Shown here one piece after another: positions 20,599-29,741 of a stretch of 64,000 nucleotides of DNA. Numbering within the stretch: the first letter of the stretch is position 1; the number at the start of each line of letters is the position of its first letter. A program made the position numbers and the translations under genes. The stretch is from Minisyncoccota bacterium. GTDB taxonomy: Bacteria > Patescibacteriota > Minisyncoccia > Phycocordibacterales > UBA9973. The notes below the pieces were generated by a model. It ran no database searches. It was not told where the DNA came from and saw nothing but the letters and a program-made list of their open reading frames with translations. Location: contig JANOFO010000007.1 in the NCBI GenBank assembly GCA_031413715.1, positions 90,338 through 154,337 on the forward strand, read 5' to 3'.

Positions 20599-21312
20599 TC
20601 AGTAGTTTCTAAACACTGCTGGTTCTTGTTGGCGAAACAAGGATTGATTTATACCTTTTATTTTTAACTTCCTATTCAAATTAGCTACCAAATTTGAAAT
20701 TGATTTTTTCTCCCTCCCTCCCATTTTAGTATATTCATCTTTTTCACCTTTAATTGTTTCCCAGATATCACCATAGCTAACAGGTATTTTAGGTTTTGGT
20801 TTAAACATGATTTCACAGAAATAAGAATAATTTGTATTTGGATAAATCTTTAATTTTCTTTTACCAATAATAATTTCATTGTTTATATAATATGACTTTA
20901 GGTTAGATTTATAAATGCCTATATTTAATAATGTTTCAGTTTTTTTTAAAAATAATTTCCAGTTATATATTTCCAAAATCAATGAATCTTCATCATCTTC
21001 CAAGTAAACTCCTGAAACAGGGTTGATATCTTCTTTGGTCTGGGATACAATTTCATCCCCAATTTTAGTAATTGTTCCATTTAGAATATTTATCCATATT
21101 GACTCAGGATTAACTTCCCCTATATTCTGGTTTAGATATTGAATAAAATGCCTTGCCTCAGCTTTATTAATAGAAGATTCTTTTAGAGTATCAAAAGGTA
21201 TTTTCACTACCAAAGGCTCTTGTGTTGGAAATAGTACAGACTGTTCTTGAATCATTTTAAGCAACAGAGCTATTTGCTCTTCTTGGTGTAGGGTCAAGCT
21301 ATTTTCTTTCAT
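20599..21312 (-). CDS. Hypothetical protein with probable C-terminal winged-helix
   Basis: PVSYGDIWETI...KKSISNLVANLNRKL resembles an OmpR/PhoB-type wHTH; TATTAT-N6-ATG at 21312. Confidence 0.5.
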   Translation of the reverse strand: MKENSLTLHQEEQIALLLKMIQEQSVLFPTQEPLVVKIPFDTLKESSINKAEARHFIQYLNQNIGEVNPESIWINILNGTITKIGDEIVSQTKEDINPVSGVYLEDDEDSLILEIYNWKLFLKKTETLLNIGIYKSNLKSYYINNEIIIGKRKLKIYPNTNYSYFCEIMFKPKPKIPVSYGDIWETIKGEKDEYTKMGGREKKSISNLVANLNRKLKIKGINQSLFRQQEPAVFRNY

Positions 21313-21403
21313 ACTTAAATAATACATACAAAAAGCAATAAAACAAAGCTTCTTTGATTTTTAGGTAAATAGAGGTAAAATGAAAGCATAATTTAATATA
21401 TAA

Positions 21404-21582
21404 AGTAGCCTAAACCTTTAGAAATAGAGGCATGGTGAAAAAACCAGTCAAGCATAAAGAACCTATCATATAGGGTTGCCTTGACTGGTCATATCTGGAA
21501 ACGGATATGGGGAGCGAAAGCTCTCACCTATGTGGTAGGCTTTTTGCGTCTTACCATGGGCTTATTATTAAAACGCAGAAAG
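21404..21582 (+). ncRNA. Candidate structured RNA / 5' leader
   Basis: Nested stems with two GAAA tetraloops (details in findings). Confidence 0.55.
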
Positions 21583-21589
21583 AATCTTT

Positions 21590-22201
21590 ATGAAAAAATA
21601 TATTACAATTTTATTTTTAGCAGTATTAATAACCCCTTCAATTACTTTTGCTTCTTGGTGGAATCCTTTTTCTTGGTCAAAAGATTCCAAACAAGCTATA
21701 GATGTTATTGAGCCAACATTAATTCAAGCAACTGATAAATCCACCTCAGTAATTGAAACAAAACCTAAAGAAATTAAAGTTATTGAAAAAATAGTAGAGA
21801 AGCCAGTTATTCAGACTATTTCAGTTCAAGACCCTGCTTTACAGAAACGGATTAAACAACTGGAGTTAGAAAACCAAGAACTTAAATTACAGATAGAAAA
21901 ACTAAAGGCTTTACAACAACAAGTGCAAACACAAAAAGAAGAGATTGAATCATTAAAAAGTGTACCAGTCTTTTCAAAAGATAAAGAATGTGAGGAAGCA
22001 AAAGAATTCATTAATTCTACTGGTGAAAAAGTAACTGATTTAAGAGAACGGCAAGCAAAGGAAATTGCTGATTATATGAAGAACGGAATAAAATTGCAAA
22101 AAGACATAGACGCAATAAAAAATAAGTACCGTACAGAAGGAAGCCAAATTGACAAAAAAATCAAATCAGCTAAAGATAAAATTCAACTTTATTGTGATTA
22201 G
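21590..22201 (+). CDS. Secreted coiled-coil protein
   Basis: Signal peptide ending TFA, then SWWNPFSW, a heptad-rich C-half and two Cys. Confidence 0.7.
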   Translation: MKKYITILFLAVLITPSITFASWWNPFSWSKDSKQAIDVIEPTLIQATDKSTSVIETKPKEIKVIEKIVEKPVIQTISVQDPALQKRIKQLELENQELKLQIEKLKALQQQVQTQKEEIESLKSVPVFSKDKECEEAKEFINSTGEKVTDLRERQAKEIADYMKNGIKLQKDIDAIKNKYRTEGSQIDKKIKSAKDKIQLYCD

Positions 22202-22566
22202 AAACTGTTGATTCTATCTAATTCTATCTACTTTTAAAAGACCCCTGAAAAGTGTTAAATAAACCAAATTAACCTAATTTAAAAAGACCTCAAAAAGTGT
22301 GTATTAAGCAAATTAAGCGAAATCTTTTTTGCTACTAAAACTTGGTATATATACCTAAATTAACCTAATTCTAGGATATTCCTCTAAACTGCTTATTTTA
22401 CAAATTTACCAAAATCATTTCTGGTCTCTAAAAGTGGTATTTATAGCAAATATAGCAAATCTCTTTTTGGGTCTGAAAAGTGTTAATTATATCAGTCTAA
22501 TCAGAATTTCTCTGGTGTCCAAAACTGCGAATTATATCAAAAGTATCAAACCTTAAATTGGACTTT
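22201..22566. repeat. Degenerate tandem array, 8 units of ~45-47 bp
   Basis: AAA(A)STG anchors end at 22207, 22254, 22299, 22344, 22391, 22436, 22482 and 22527; each is followed by an internal 9-10 bp doublet. Confidence 0.75.
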
Positions 22567-22598
22567 TAAATAGGCTTTATTGGTGTATAATGCAAATT

Positions 22599-24107
22599 AT
22601 GTCTTCATACATTAAATCAATAAAAATTACTGAATTTGAAGGAGCTTTAGACCAGACTCTGGAATTTGAAGCGGGCTTAAATATCTTGAGCGGAGAAAAT
22701 GGAACTGGTAAAACAACGGTATTAAAGAAAATTAAAGAATTTGCAGGAGGTAATAATAGCAATTTAACTTTACTTTCTGACATTTCAGATATAACACTAC
22801 CAAACCAACTCAGTATTTACGCTCTTAGCCCAAAGAGAAATTCAGAAAAGAAGACTATAAATAATACTTTTTCACATCTCCGTTCTATAAGCAAAACGAT
22901 GGATACGCAGCTTGAGGAATTAAGAAATAGAGCAATTAACGATAATACTTTTGAAGCATATCCATCATTTGGAGAGTTATTTATTTTATATTTTGATGAA
23001 AAATGCAAAGACGGTGGAGAGCAAATTGGAAAGATGAATGAGGTAACTACTGAATTTAATAATCTTATACAAAAGGTTTTTCCTGAGTACTCCTTTGTTT
23101 CAAGTTGGGATTCCGTGTCTGGAAGACCAGATATAAACCTTAAAATCAGCAACCGCTCTCCCCTTAGTTTAGATAAATTAAGTTGTGGACAACAGGAAGT
23201 TCTGTCTTTGATATTTAACATTTATACTTCAAAGGGAAAATATAATATCTATTTAATTGATGAGCCTGAAATACATTTAAACTGGAACTTAGAAAAAGGA
23301 TTATTCCAATTTTTGGATTGGTTCTGTGTAAATCACAATAAGCAAATTATTACAGTTACTCACTCACGTACTATCTTTGAAGAACCATTTTATGAAAAGG
23401 CGAAGTTTTTGGTTTGGGAAGATGTAGTTATAAAATATCAAAGTGATATTTCTGATGCTCAGCGTGAAGCTATTGTAGGAGAATTAGCAGCAACCATAAA
23501 TGTTGTTGCTCCTACTTCTAAGACTTTCTTTGTTGAAGATAAAATGCATGAATTTGTTATTGATACTATTGCTCAAAAGCTAGGTAAAGTAATCTCAACA
23601 GTTAAGTGTGGAAACTCTGCAAATGTAAAAAGTTTCTATGGACTATCAAAAGATAAAAGTAGTGCTTGGAAAGAACATGGCTATTATGTTGTTGATGGAG
23701 ACAATGAGGGTAATCCTTTTCCAGGAGAACCAAGGTTTATCCACTTAAATAAATATTCCATTGATTCATATATATTTAACTTAGAGTTGCTTTCTGAGGT
23801 TCTAAATAAGACAGTTGAAGTTATACAAACAGAGATATTGTCTGTAATGCAGACAAAGAAATTAGCTATTTTTTCAAAAGGTAAAAATGCAAAATTTGGA
23901 CATGCATTGATAGACAAAATGACAAGCGATTACATAACAGAAGCACATTTGGCACTTGTAGATTGCACAGAAATTTTAGAAGGCTTTGCTCAATTACAAG
24001 GTAAATCATCGCAAGACTTGTTTGTAGAATATATTGAAAAGGCAAATCAAAAAGGAACATTGAATAGTATTTTTGACTCAGAACTTATTGACGTAATAAA
24101 TGCTTAA
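22599..24107 (+). CDS. ABC-type ATPase fused to a TOPRIM-like nuclease (OLD/AAA_21 family)
   Basis: GENGTGKTT, LSCGQQE, YLIDEPEIHL, TVTHS; then FFVED and VVDGD TOPRIM acidic motifs. Confidence 0.8.
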   Translation: MSSYIKSIKITEFEGALDQTLEFEAGLNILSGENGTGKTTVLKKIKEFAGGNNSNLTLLSDISDITLPNQLSIYALSPKRNSEKKTINNTFSHLRSISKTMDTQLEELRNRAINDNTFEAYPSFGELFILYFDEKCKDGGEQIGKMNEVTTEFNNLIQKVFPEYSFVSSWDSVSGRPDINLKISNRSPLSLDKLSCGQQEVLSLIFNIYTSKGKYNIYLIDEPEIHLNWNLEKGLFQFLDWFCVNHNKQIITVTHSRTIFEEPFYEKAKFLVWEDVVIKYQSDISDAQREAIVGELAATINVVAPTSKTFFVEDKMHEFVIDTIAQKLGKVISTVKCGNSANVKSFYGLSKDKSSAWKEHGYYVVDGDNEGNPFPGEPRFIHLNKYSIDSYIFNLELLSEVLNKTVEVIQTEILSVMQTKKLAIFSKGKNAKFGHALIDKMTSDYITEAHLALVDCTEILEGFAQLQGKSSQDLFVEYIEKANQKGTLNSIFDSELIDVINA

Positions 24108-24158
24108 GGATGAATTCTCTAGATGTTTCTTTATGTAAAATTATGGTAAAATACAAAG

Positions 24159-24872
24159 ATGGAAACAGCAAGCCCTATTATAGTGGTTAGTACAGCAATT
24201 CTTACAAGCTTTTTTACATATTTTTTTACTTTCAATCAATACATAAAACAACGGCAAAGAGAAGAAGTAAGAAAAACATATATTGAAGATGGTATAGGTA
24301 GAGTAATGCAAGTCACAGAATCAGTTTCTCAGGCTTGTTATTTTAACTTTACAAAAGTAATTAGTGCACTAGATATTCTAGAAAGAAATTTTGGAGGGAA
24401 AGAGATTGAAAAAGAAATTTTAAATAATATTTTTCTGGAAATGCAAGATGTAAAAGTTGCCCCAGATTATGGAAATCTAAAATTGGCAATTTTTGATAAC
24501 CAAACCCTTATTATATGGGTAATTCAATCTTGGGCAGAATATCAAAAACTAAACGAATATCTAAGGCATTATATATTTCAAGAATTTAAAGCATACTTAA
24601 ATGATTCAACTTTATCCGAAGATAAGAGAAAAGAATTTTTGATTAAATTGAGAGAACAAGTTCGCAATCATTGGAACAGAGTAATTAACAACAATGAAAT
24701 ATTAAGGGGTCAGTTATTGTTACTACAAGTTGAAGCTGATAAAGCAAATATTTCAAATATTCAGGAGATAGATAACCTAGCAAAGAAAGAAGGGGTTTTA
24801 AAAGTTTTAAAAGCCATAGAAGATGGATATAAAAAAATTAAAGATAATCCAGTAGATATTACAACACTTTAA
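24159..24872 (+). CDS. Hypothetical protein with N-terminal TM helix
   Basis: IIVVSTAILTSFFTYFFTF then a helical domain; TGgTAAAAT-N6-ATG. Confidence 0.7.
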   Translation: METASPIIVVSTAILTSFFTYFFTFNQYIKQRQREEVRKTYIEDGIGRVMQVTESVSQACYFNFTKVISALDILERNFGGKEIEKEILNNIFLEMQDVKVAPDYGNLKLAIFDNQTLIIWVIQSWAEYQKLNEYLRHYIFQEFKAYLNDSTLSEDKRKEFLIKLREQVRNHWNRVINNNEILRGQLLLLQVEADKANISNIQEIDNLAKKEGVLKVLKAIEDGYKKIKDNPVDITTL

Positions 24873-24896
24873 AATTCAACTTCTAATTCCTAACAT

Positions 24897-25040
24897 TTAA
24901 ATACCATTAAGGGAAGAGACTGGAAGTAGTTCTTGTTGGATAACCCTGTAATTTAAAGGTTTTTCAAAGTTAGAGATTATCTTTTCCAGCTCCTTAAAGA
25001 AGTTTACATAGGGTTTTGAGTCTGGTATCATTAAGGTCAC
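24897..25040 (-). other. Displaced 3' end of the island-1 recombinase gene (attR side)
   Basis: 48 codons in frame with the GTG ACC crossover core: VTLMIPDSKPYVNFFKELEKIISNFEKPLNYRVIQQELLPVSSLNGI*. Confidence 0.7.
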
Positions 25041-25245
25041 ACATACTTAAAAATCTGCACTGCTGCAGGTTTTTAAGTATGTGTGAAAACGCAGGTATAA
25101 TTTTTCAGAAGAAAAATTGCCGAGTTGGGGTCGCGAGTACTTACGTAGAATTTGAGCAAAGCGAAAATTATACTTAGTAACTTGTGACCACATAGATTAG
25201 TACCTGTAAGGTTCGATAAGCGTACTCGCGGTCCCCATAGCTCAC
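25037..25245. repeat. Nested palindromic element at the right junction of island 1
   Basis: tcacacatacttaaaaatctgca/tgcaggtttttaagtatgtgtga hairpin, then ggggtcgcgagtac/gtactcgcggtcccc. Confidence 0.7.
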
Positions 25246-25254
25246 AAAGAAATT

Positions 25255-26394
25255 TTATTTACTATTTAACCCTCCAAAAGATGGGAAGTTGTGTACGTCG
25301 TAATCTTTTCTTATGTTTCGAAGATGTAATTTAATCGCCTTGTTATAGGTAAAACTTTTATCAAGAAGCAATTTTGCACCTTTAACGATTTCTGGAATCT
25401 TTTTTTCAATAAGATCATCTGCAACACAAGCCACTCTTTTACCCTCTCTCAAGAGCCTGTCACATTCTTTGGTTCTATTATCAAGAGAGGGGTATGAATT
25501 ACACTTAGGAAGAACCGAGTAAAATGGAACATCATTTAGGAAATATAATGGCCAACGACAGGTAGCAATTTCTAACCATGGCGTATCAACAAGAAAAGCA
25601 AGAAATGCAAAACCAGTATGTGGGGAAAGAAATATATCGCATTTTTCTATTAACGCTATCTGATTCCATAGACCGATATTGTATGCAGACTCCGCATTTT
25701 TAAGATGCTTGACCAAATAGTCTATATCATTCAAAGTAAAATCTTTTGTGAAAGTTCTATGATGGTCACTTTTGGTGATACCCGTAAAGTAAATTTTAAG
25801 ATTTGGTATTGCCTTTTCTAATGCCAAACAGATTTTAAGCCACATTTCAACAGACGGACTTTGCCTTAATCCTTTAGCGCCTCCAAGCATGATTACAACT
25901 GTAGGGCCACGATGCTTAAACTTCTTTGTGAATGTTTTTGCTTTTGTTGGAATAGGAAGGGTAATTTTTTGATTTGATACAGCCGGTAGAATACTACCTT
26001 CATTGTCTCCGTTTTGCTTAACATAGCCCTTTGCAATCTTGGCAACAAATATTTTATGTAACACTTCTTGAGTTTTTACTAACTCTGGTCTGTCGCTTAC
26101 TTTTACCAGTCGACCCGCTCGATTATCAGTACTTATATAATCCCAATTTTTGGGAATCCTTTGAAGACATTTTGCCTTTTCTCCGTCCTTGAAAACCTCA
26201 TCCGTTGAAATGGAATATGTTTTCTTAATCCATGGACATGCGTCTGCGAGTTCTGTCGGCGTATTAGCATTGAGCAACAAATATACATCAAGATTTTTGT
26301 TAGCGAGCGAATAACCCTTGGCAAGTTTTAATGCTTCAACTGCGTGCCCGACGGGTGGGTAGTATACCCAGTTAAGGAGTAGTTTTTTCTTCAT
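25255..26394 (-). CDS. GT-B glycosyltransferase, family 9-like
   Basis: PVGHAV, ALIEKCDIFLSPHTGFAFLAFLVDTP matches the GT9 C-terminal pattern. Confidence 0.6.
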   Translation of the reverse strand: MKKKLLLNWVYYPPVGHAVEALKLAKGYSLANKNLDVYLLLNANTPTELADACPWIKKTYSISTDEVFKDGEKAKCLQRIPKNWDYISTDNRAGRLVKVSDRPELVKTQEVLHKIFVAKIAKGYVKQNGDNEGSILPAVSNQKITLPIPTKAKTFTKKFKHRGPTVVIMLGGAKGLRQSPSVEMWLKICLALEKAIPNLKIYFTGITKSDHHRTFTKDFTLNDIDYLVKHLKNAESAYNIGLWNQIALIEKCDIFLSPHTGFAFLAFLVDTPWLEIATCRWPLYFLNDVPFYSVLPKCNSYPSLDNRTKECDRLLREGKRVACVADDLIEKKIPEIVKGAKLLLDKSFTYNKAIKLHLRNIRKDYDVHNFPSFGGLNSK

Positions 26395-26732
26395 GAGACA
26401 ATTATATCAAATCATGCGTATTTATCTTAGTTGTAAAATTGTGATAATTCTGATCTATGAGATAAAAATGTGAAAATACGCTTATACTACCAATAATCGG
26501 GTTCCAATTTGCACTAATATTAGGATCACAGATTTTAGCTTATATTATATAGCTCTATTCAAGTCGAAAGGCCTTGACTTTTGGGCTTATTTATGCTATT
26601 GTTCAAAGATAGGAGTGGATCTTTAACAAAATTTGTTTTCGAGATTGTTGCGAGAGTAGTTTTCGGCTTCCCTTTTTGCGAAGGTTAGAGCTACTCTCGT
26701 AAACAATCAAATTAAAAACAAAAAATAAACTT

Positions 26733-27236
26733 ATGACACCTGCAACAACTCCAGCTACAACAACTGGAACACCTACTCATCATGCAGCAGTACCTGCAAC
26801 CCCTGACAAAAAAAGTTATGGAGGCCTTGTGCTACTAATGGTAGTAATTGTAATTTTAATTATTATTTTACAATCAATACCTGGTAAAAAAACGACCAGG
26901 AGAGATACTCTGAAAAAACAACTTACTACTGTAGTACAACAAACATTTGATACCTATCCCCCAATTGATCCTCAAACCTTTGAGATCAATGGATCATTTT
27001 CAGAAAAGAAAATAATCCGGGACGGATATTATGTATCATTTGTATGTAATCAGCCGTATCAGATACGGAAAAGTAATGATAAATTAGTGGAAAGCGAAGC
27101 AAATAAATCTGCAAACATTGGTCTGTATAAGGCCGAGGAATCAATCGAAAATTCGCTTCTTGAATTCCGCACATTAAATGATGCGACCACAACAATGACA
27201 CTCATTTTCACACCGATGAAAATCAAAAAACACTAA
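26733..27236 (+). CDS. Single-TM hypothetical protein with Thr/Pro-rich N-terminus
   Basis: ORF track; one TM segment. Confidence 0.65.
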   Translation: MTPATTPATTTGTPTHHAAVPATPDKKSYGGLVLLMVVIVILIIILQSIPGKKTTRRDTLKKQLTTVVQQTFDTYPPIDPQTFEINGSFSEKKIIRDGYYVSFVCNQPYQIRKSNDKLVESEANKSANIGLYKAEESIENSLLEFRTLNDATTTMTLIFTPMKIKKH

Positions 27237-27241
27237 GAATT

Positions 27242-28111
27242 ATGAAAAAATTAGCCAAAGAGATAGTTTTCCATAAATGGAGTAACTATCTGACAGCAGT
27301 TTTGATATCATTCCTGCTGTTTATAATCCTGTACTTCGTCCTGTACGGAAGGATACAGAGTAAAATTGAAACAACTCATATAGTAGATCTCGTAGCTTTC
27401 TTTGGACTCCTTGCTGTAAGCATTGGAGCAGTATATGGATCAAAGCTAATTTCTCCACCGAGGAGAAAGAGGCATCTCATTGACATTTTCGGTGAAGAAA
27501 CTGAAGTGTGGATCACCGGAACAACCCGGTTCGGCTTTTATCTTTTCCATTTCGATATTGGTAGCCAGACAATTAGTGTTGAAGAAGATGAAATAATCGT
27601 TACCACTATTTGCGCCGATAGAAAAGGCAAACTAATAGAGATGAGATTAAGCGGCGTATGGAGAGTAGGTAAACATAACTGGCAAATGACTAACTTCAAA
27701 AAATTAGATGAGAATAGACAAGAGAATGAAGTAATTTTCAGTAACATGCTTGACAGAGCCAATGTTAGGCTGGGAGGAAGGAAAGAATTCTGGTCTCAGA
27801 TTCATGGAAAAGATTTACACAAGAGTATCCTCAACGATCCTATTTTCGTGGAGGATAAAAATGACTACGGCATAGAATTCCCATCACTATCATTGACTGT
27901 CAAATCAGCCGATCAAGCTACCGACAATTTCAACGCTCAGTATGATCGTGAGCTGGCGAAGTATATGTCCAAATACCCAATAGGTTACAAATTTACTCAC
28001 AAAGAATTAAAAGAAGCGAGTGATTTGATATTTGCTAAATTGGGTCGAGCTAAAATGCTTATTGTCAGAGGCGGAGCTATCGTACGAACTGATGCTGATG
28101 CATTGATGTAA
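27242..28111 (+). CDS. Two-TM protein with possible divergent SPFH/Band-7 domain
   Basis: Two TM helices; TICADRKGKLIEMRLSGVWRV and DYGIEFPSLSL resemble the SPFH core. Confidence 0.45.
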   Translation: MKKLAKEIVFHKWSNYLTAVLISFLLFIILYFVLYGRIQSKIETTHIVDLVAFFGLLAVSIGAVYGSKLISPPRRKRHLIDIFGEETEVWITGTTRFGFYLFHFDIGSQTISVEEDEIIVTTICADRKGKLIEMRLSGVWRVGKHNWQMTNFKKLDENRQENEVIFSNMLDRANVRLGGRKEFWSQIHGKDLHKSILNDPIFVEDKNDYGIEFPSLSLTVKSADQATDNFNAQYDRELAKYMSKYPIGYKFTHKELKEASDLIFAKLGRAKMLIVRGGAIVRTDADALM

Positions 28112-28140
28112 ATTAATTTGATCTTTTAGAGTTATAAAAT

Positions 28141-28178
28141 AAAGAAGCGCACGGTCTTACCGCAAGCGCTTCTTTTTT
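28141..28178. terminator. Bidirectional terminator
   Basis: aaagaagcgc...gcgcttctttt between convergent genes. Confidence 0.7.
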
Positions 28179-28186
28179 ATATCCAC

Positions 28187-29230
28187 TTATTTTTTATATT
28201 GTATAGCAATCCAATAATCGAAATTGCCTGTTACCGGTGGAGATTGGGTATAATATTGTTCTTCAAGAGAAAGCGCGCCCGCGTCATAGAGCGTAGAAGT
28301 ACTGGTAAGGCCTTTCAGCCTTGCAATCTCAATAAGAGCATTTCTTATAGCTTTTCCACGAGCTTTGCTGAGATCTTTGTCTACTCCCGAGTCCACTACA
28401 CGCCAGTACGTGGAATCAGATACATAGCTGTTAACGAGTGGGTTCGGCTTTGTACTTCGATCAGCTGGAGTTGGAAGTACTTCCGGCGCAGTAACTTCAG
28501 CCAGATTACAGTCATTGACAGTACCAGCGCCCAAGGGTCCTCGGACATCCCACCAGACATAGTAGAGCTTGGTTGATGGATCGTACATAGTCTTCCTATC
28601 ATAGACATGAGGATAGTCTAGACGGTCAGCAGGCGCAATACCGCTTGCTGCTATATATTTGGCTCTGGCATCAGCTCGTATGATTTGAAGGGCTTTATAC
28701 TCAGTACTATCACTTGCTGTGACTACTGCCTGCCAGCAAACTGTTGGTTTTTGTATATAGACCTTTGTAAATGGATTTGTTGTATACGTGCTAGCCGGCA
28801 ACTGTGGTGTGCTAGGAGCAATCCCTGGGGTCTGTGTAAGCGAACCACTAGATGTGAATATATCTTGGCCGGTGTTAGGTGAATTAGGAACATTGGTAGT
28901 GGGAGGAGTGGTGCCATCAACAGTATAGTCCCCGCTATTTTTGTTTATCTTAATATTCTTTACACCCAAGGTATCCAAGATTATATTCATAATCCCAAAT
29001 ACTGCCACCATAATAAAGAGTCCGATCACTCCCCAGAGCATATGAGATTTGCTTTTCTTCCGGATTTCCTCGCTATTGGGCGAAAGAAAGTACTGAGCTA
29101 CTCCATAAAGAAAGTAGGTCAAGGCACATGCAAAGAGAAAGAGAATAATCGGGTTGATGATAACCCTATTGATACTCATCATAAGCGTTTTCACGCTTGC
29201 CTCTGCAACCGGAATGAACTGGAAATCCAT
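28187..29230 (-). CDS. VirB2/TrbC-like pilin domain with long extracellular C-terminal extension
   Basis: FLYGVAQYF...EEIRKKSKSHMLWGVIGLFIM pilin motif, Pro/Thr linker, repeated C-terminal domains. Confidence 0.7.
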   Translation of the reverse strand: MDFQFIPVAEASVKTLMMSINRVIINPIILFLFACALTYFLYGVAQYFLSPNSEEIRKKSKSHMLWGVIGLFIMVAVFGIMNIILDTLGVKNIKINKNSGDYTVDGTTPPTTNVPNSPNTGQDIFTSSGSLTQTPGIAPSTPQLPASTYTTNPFTKVYIQKPTVCWQAVVTASDSTEYKALQIIRADARAKYIAASGIAPADRLDYPHVYDRKTMYDPSTKLYYVWWDVRGPLGAGTVNDCNLAEVTAPEVLPTPADRSTKPNPLVNSYVSDSTYWRVVDSGVDKDLSKARGKAIRNALIEIARLKGLTSTSTLYDAGALSLEEQYYTQSPPVTGNFDYWIAIQYKK

Positions 29231-29246
29231 AAAGTTCCCTATTATA

Positions 29247-29615
29247 TTATGGACAGAGTATGCCAGCAGATGGGATAGGGACACATGGTATATCACTCTG
29301 ATTGACTCTCGCACCTGTAACACCAAATGTACTTTGGAAGACTGCAATGATACCCCAGAAAGCCAAGATGACAAAGAGTCCGATAAGACCCTGGATGATC
29401 ATGCCGCGGGCTTTCTTTTTTTTCTCCTCATCGGTTGAAAGAGTGTATTGTATGACACCCCAGATAAAATAGACGACGGCAAGAGTAATGAGTACAGGAA
29501 TTATTCTGTTTAGAATATTAGCTGTAGTACTGATAATATCGAAAAATGTTACCGCTGAAACACTGAGTGGGGCTATGACAGCTGTTATAGCACCGATTGA
29601 AATGAATTTCTTCAT
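29247..29615 (-). CDS. VirB2/TrbC-like pilin
   Basis: Signal peptide; FIWGVIQY...EEKKKKARGMIIQGLIGLFV. Confidence 0.8.
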   Translation of the reverse strand: MKKFISIGAITAVIAPLSVSAVTFFDIISTTANILNRIIPVLITLAVVYFIWGVIQYTLSTDEEKKKKARGMIIQGLIGLFVILAFWGIIAVFQSTFGVTGARVNQSDIPCVPIPSAGILCP

Positions 29616-29741
29616 GATAAATTATCTATAATAATAACGACTTTTTAATAATATTCATTGAACCCGCGACCGCAGGCAATGATAGGAACACACTGTTTTA
29701 CATGATTATTATATCACAAATGAGCCCTAAATTAGCAAGCT

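Larger units (their letters stand above)
18690..25040. mobile_element. Island 1: ~6.3-kb serine-recombinase integrative element in tRNA-Glu
   Basis: ta(g/a)GGTCAC at 18687-18695 and 25032-25040; recombinase at the left end; visibly AT-rich and CG-poor; a host-type hairpin begins at the right junction. Confidence 0.8.

Noticed and set aside
21481-21711. 76-aa ORF
   Set aside because: It overlaps the structured RNA and the real gene at 21590 in another frame.
22201-22566. CRISPR or TIGR array
   Set aside because: There are no identical repeats with unique spacers and no cas genes. The period is 45-47 bp rather than 36, and no Nop-domain (Tas) gene is visible in the window. Kept as an unexplained array.
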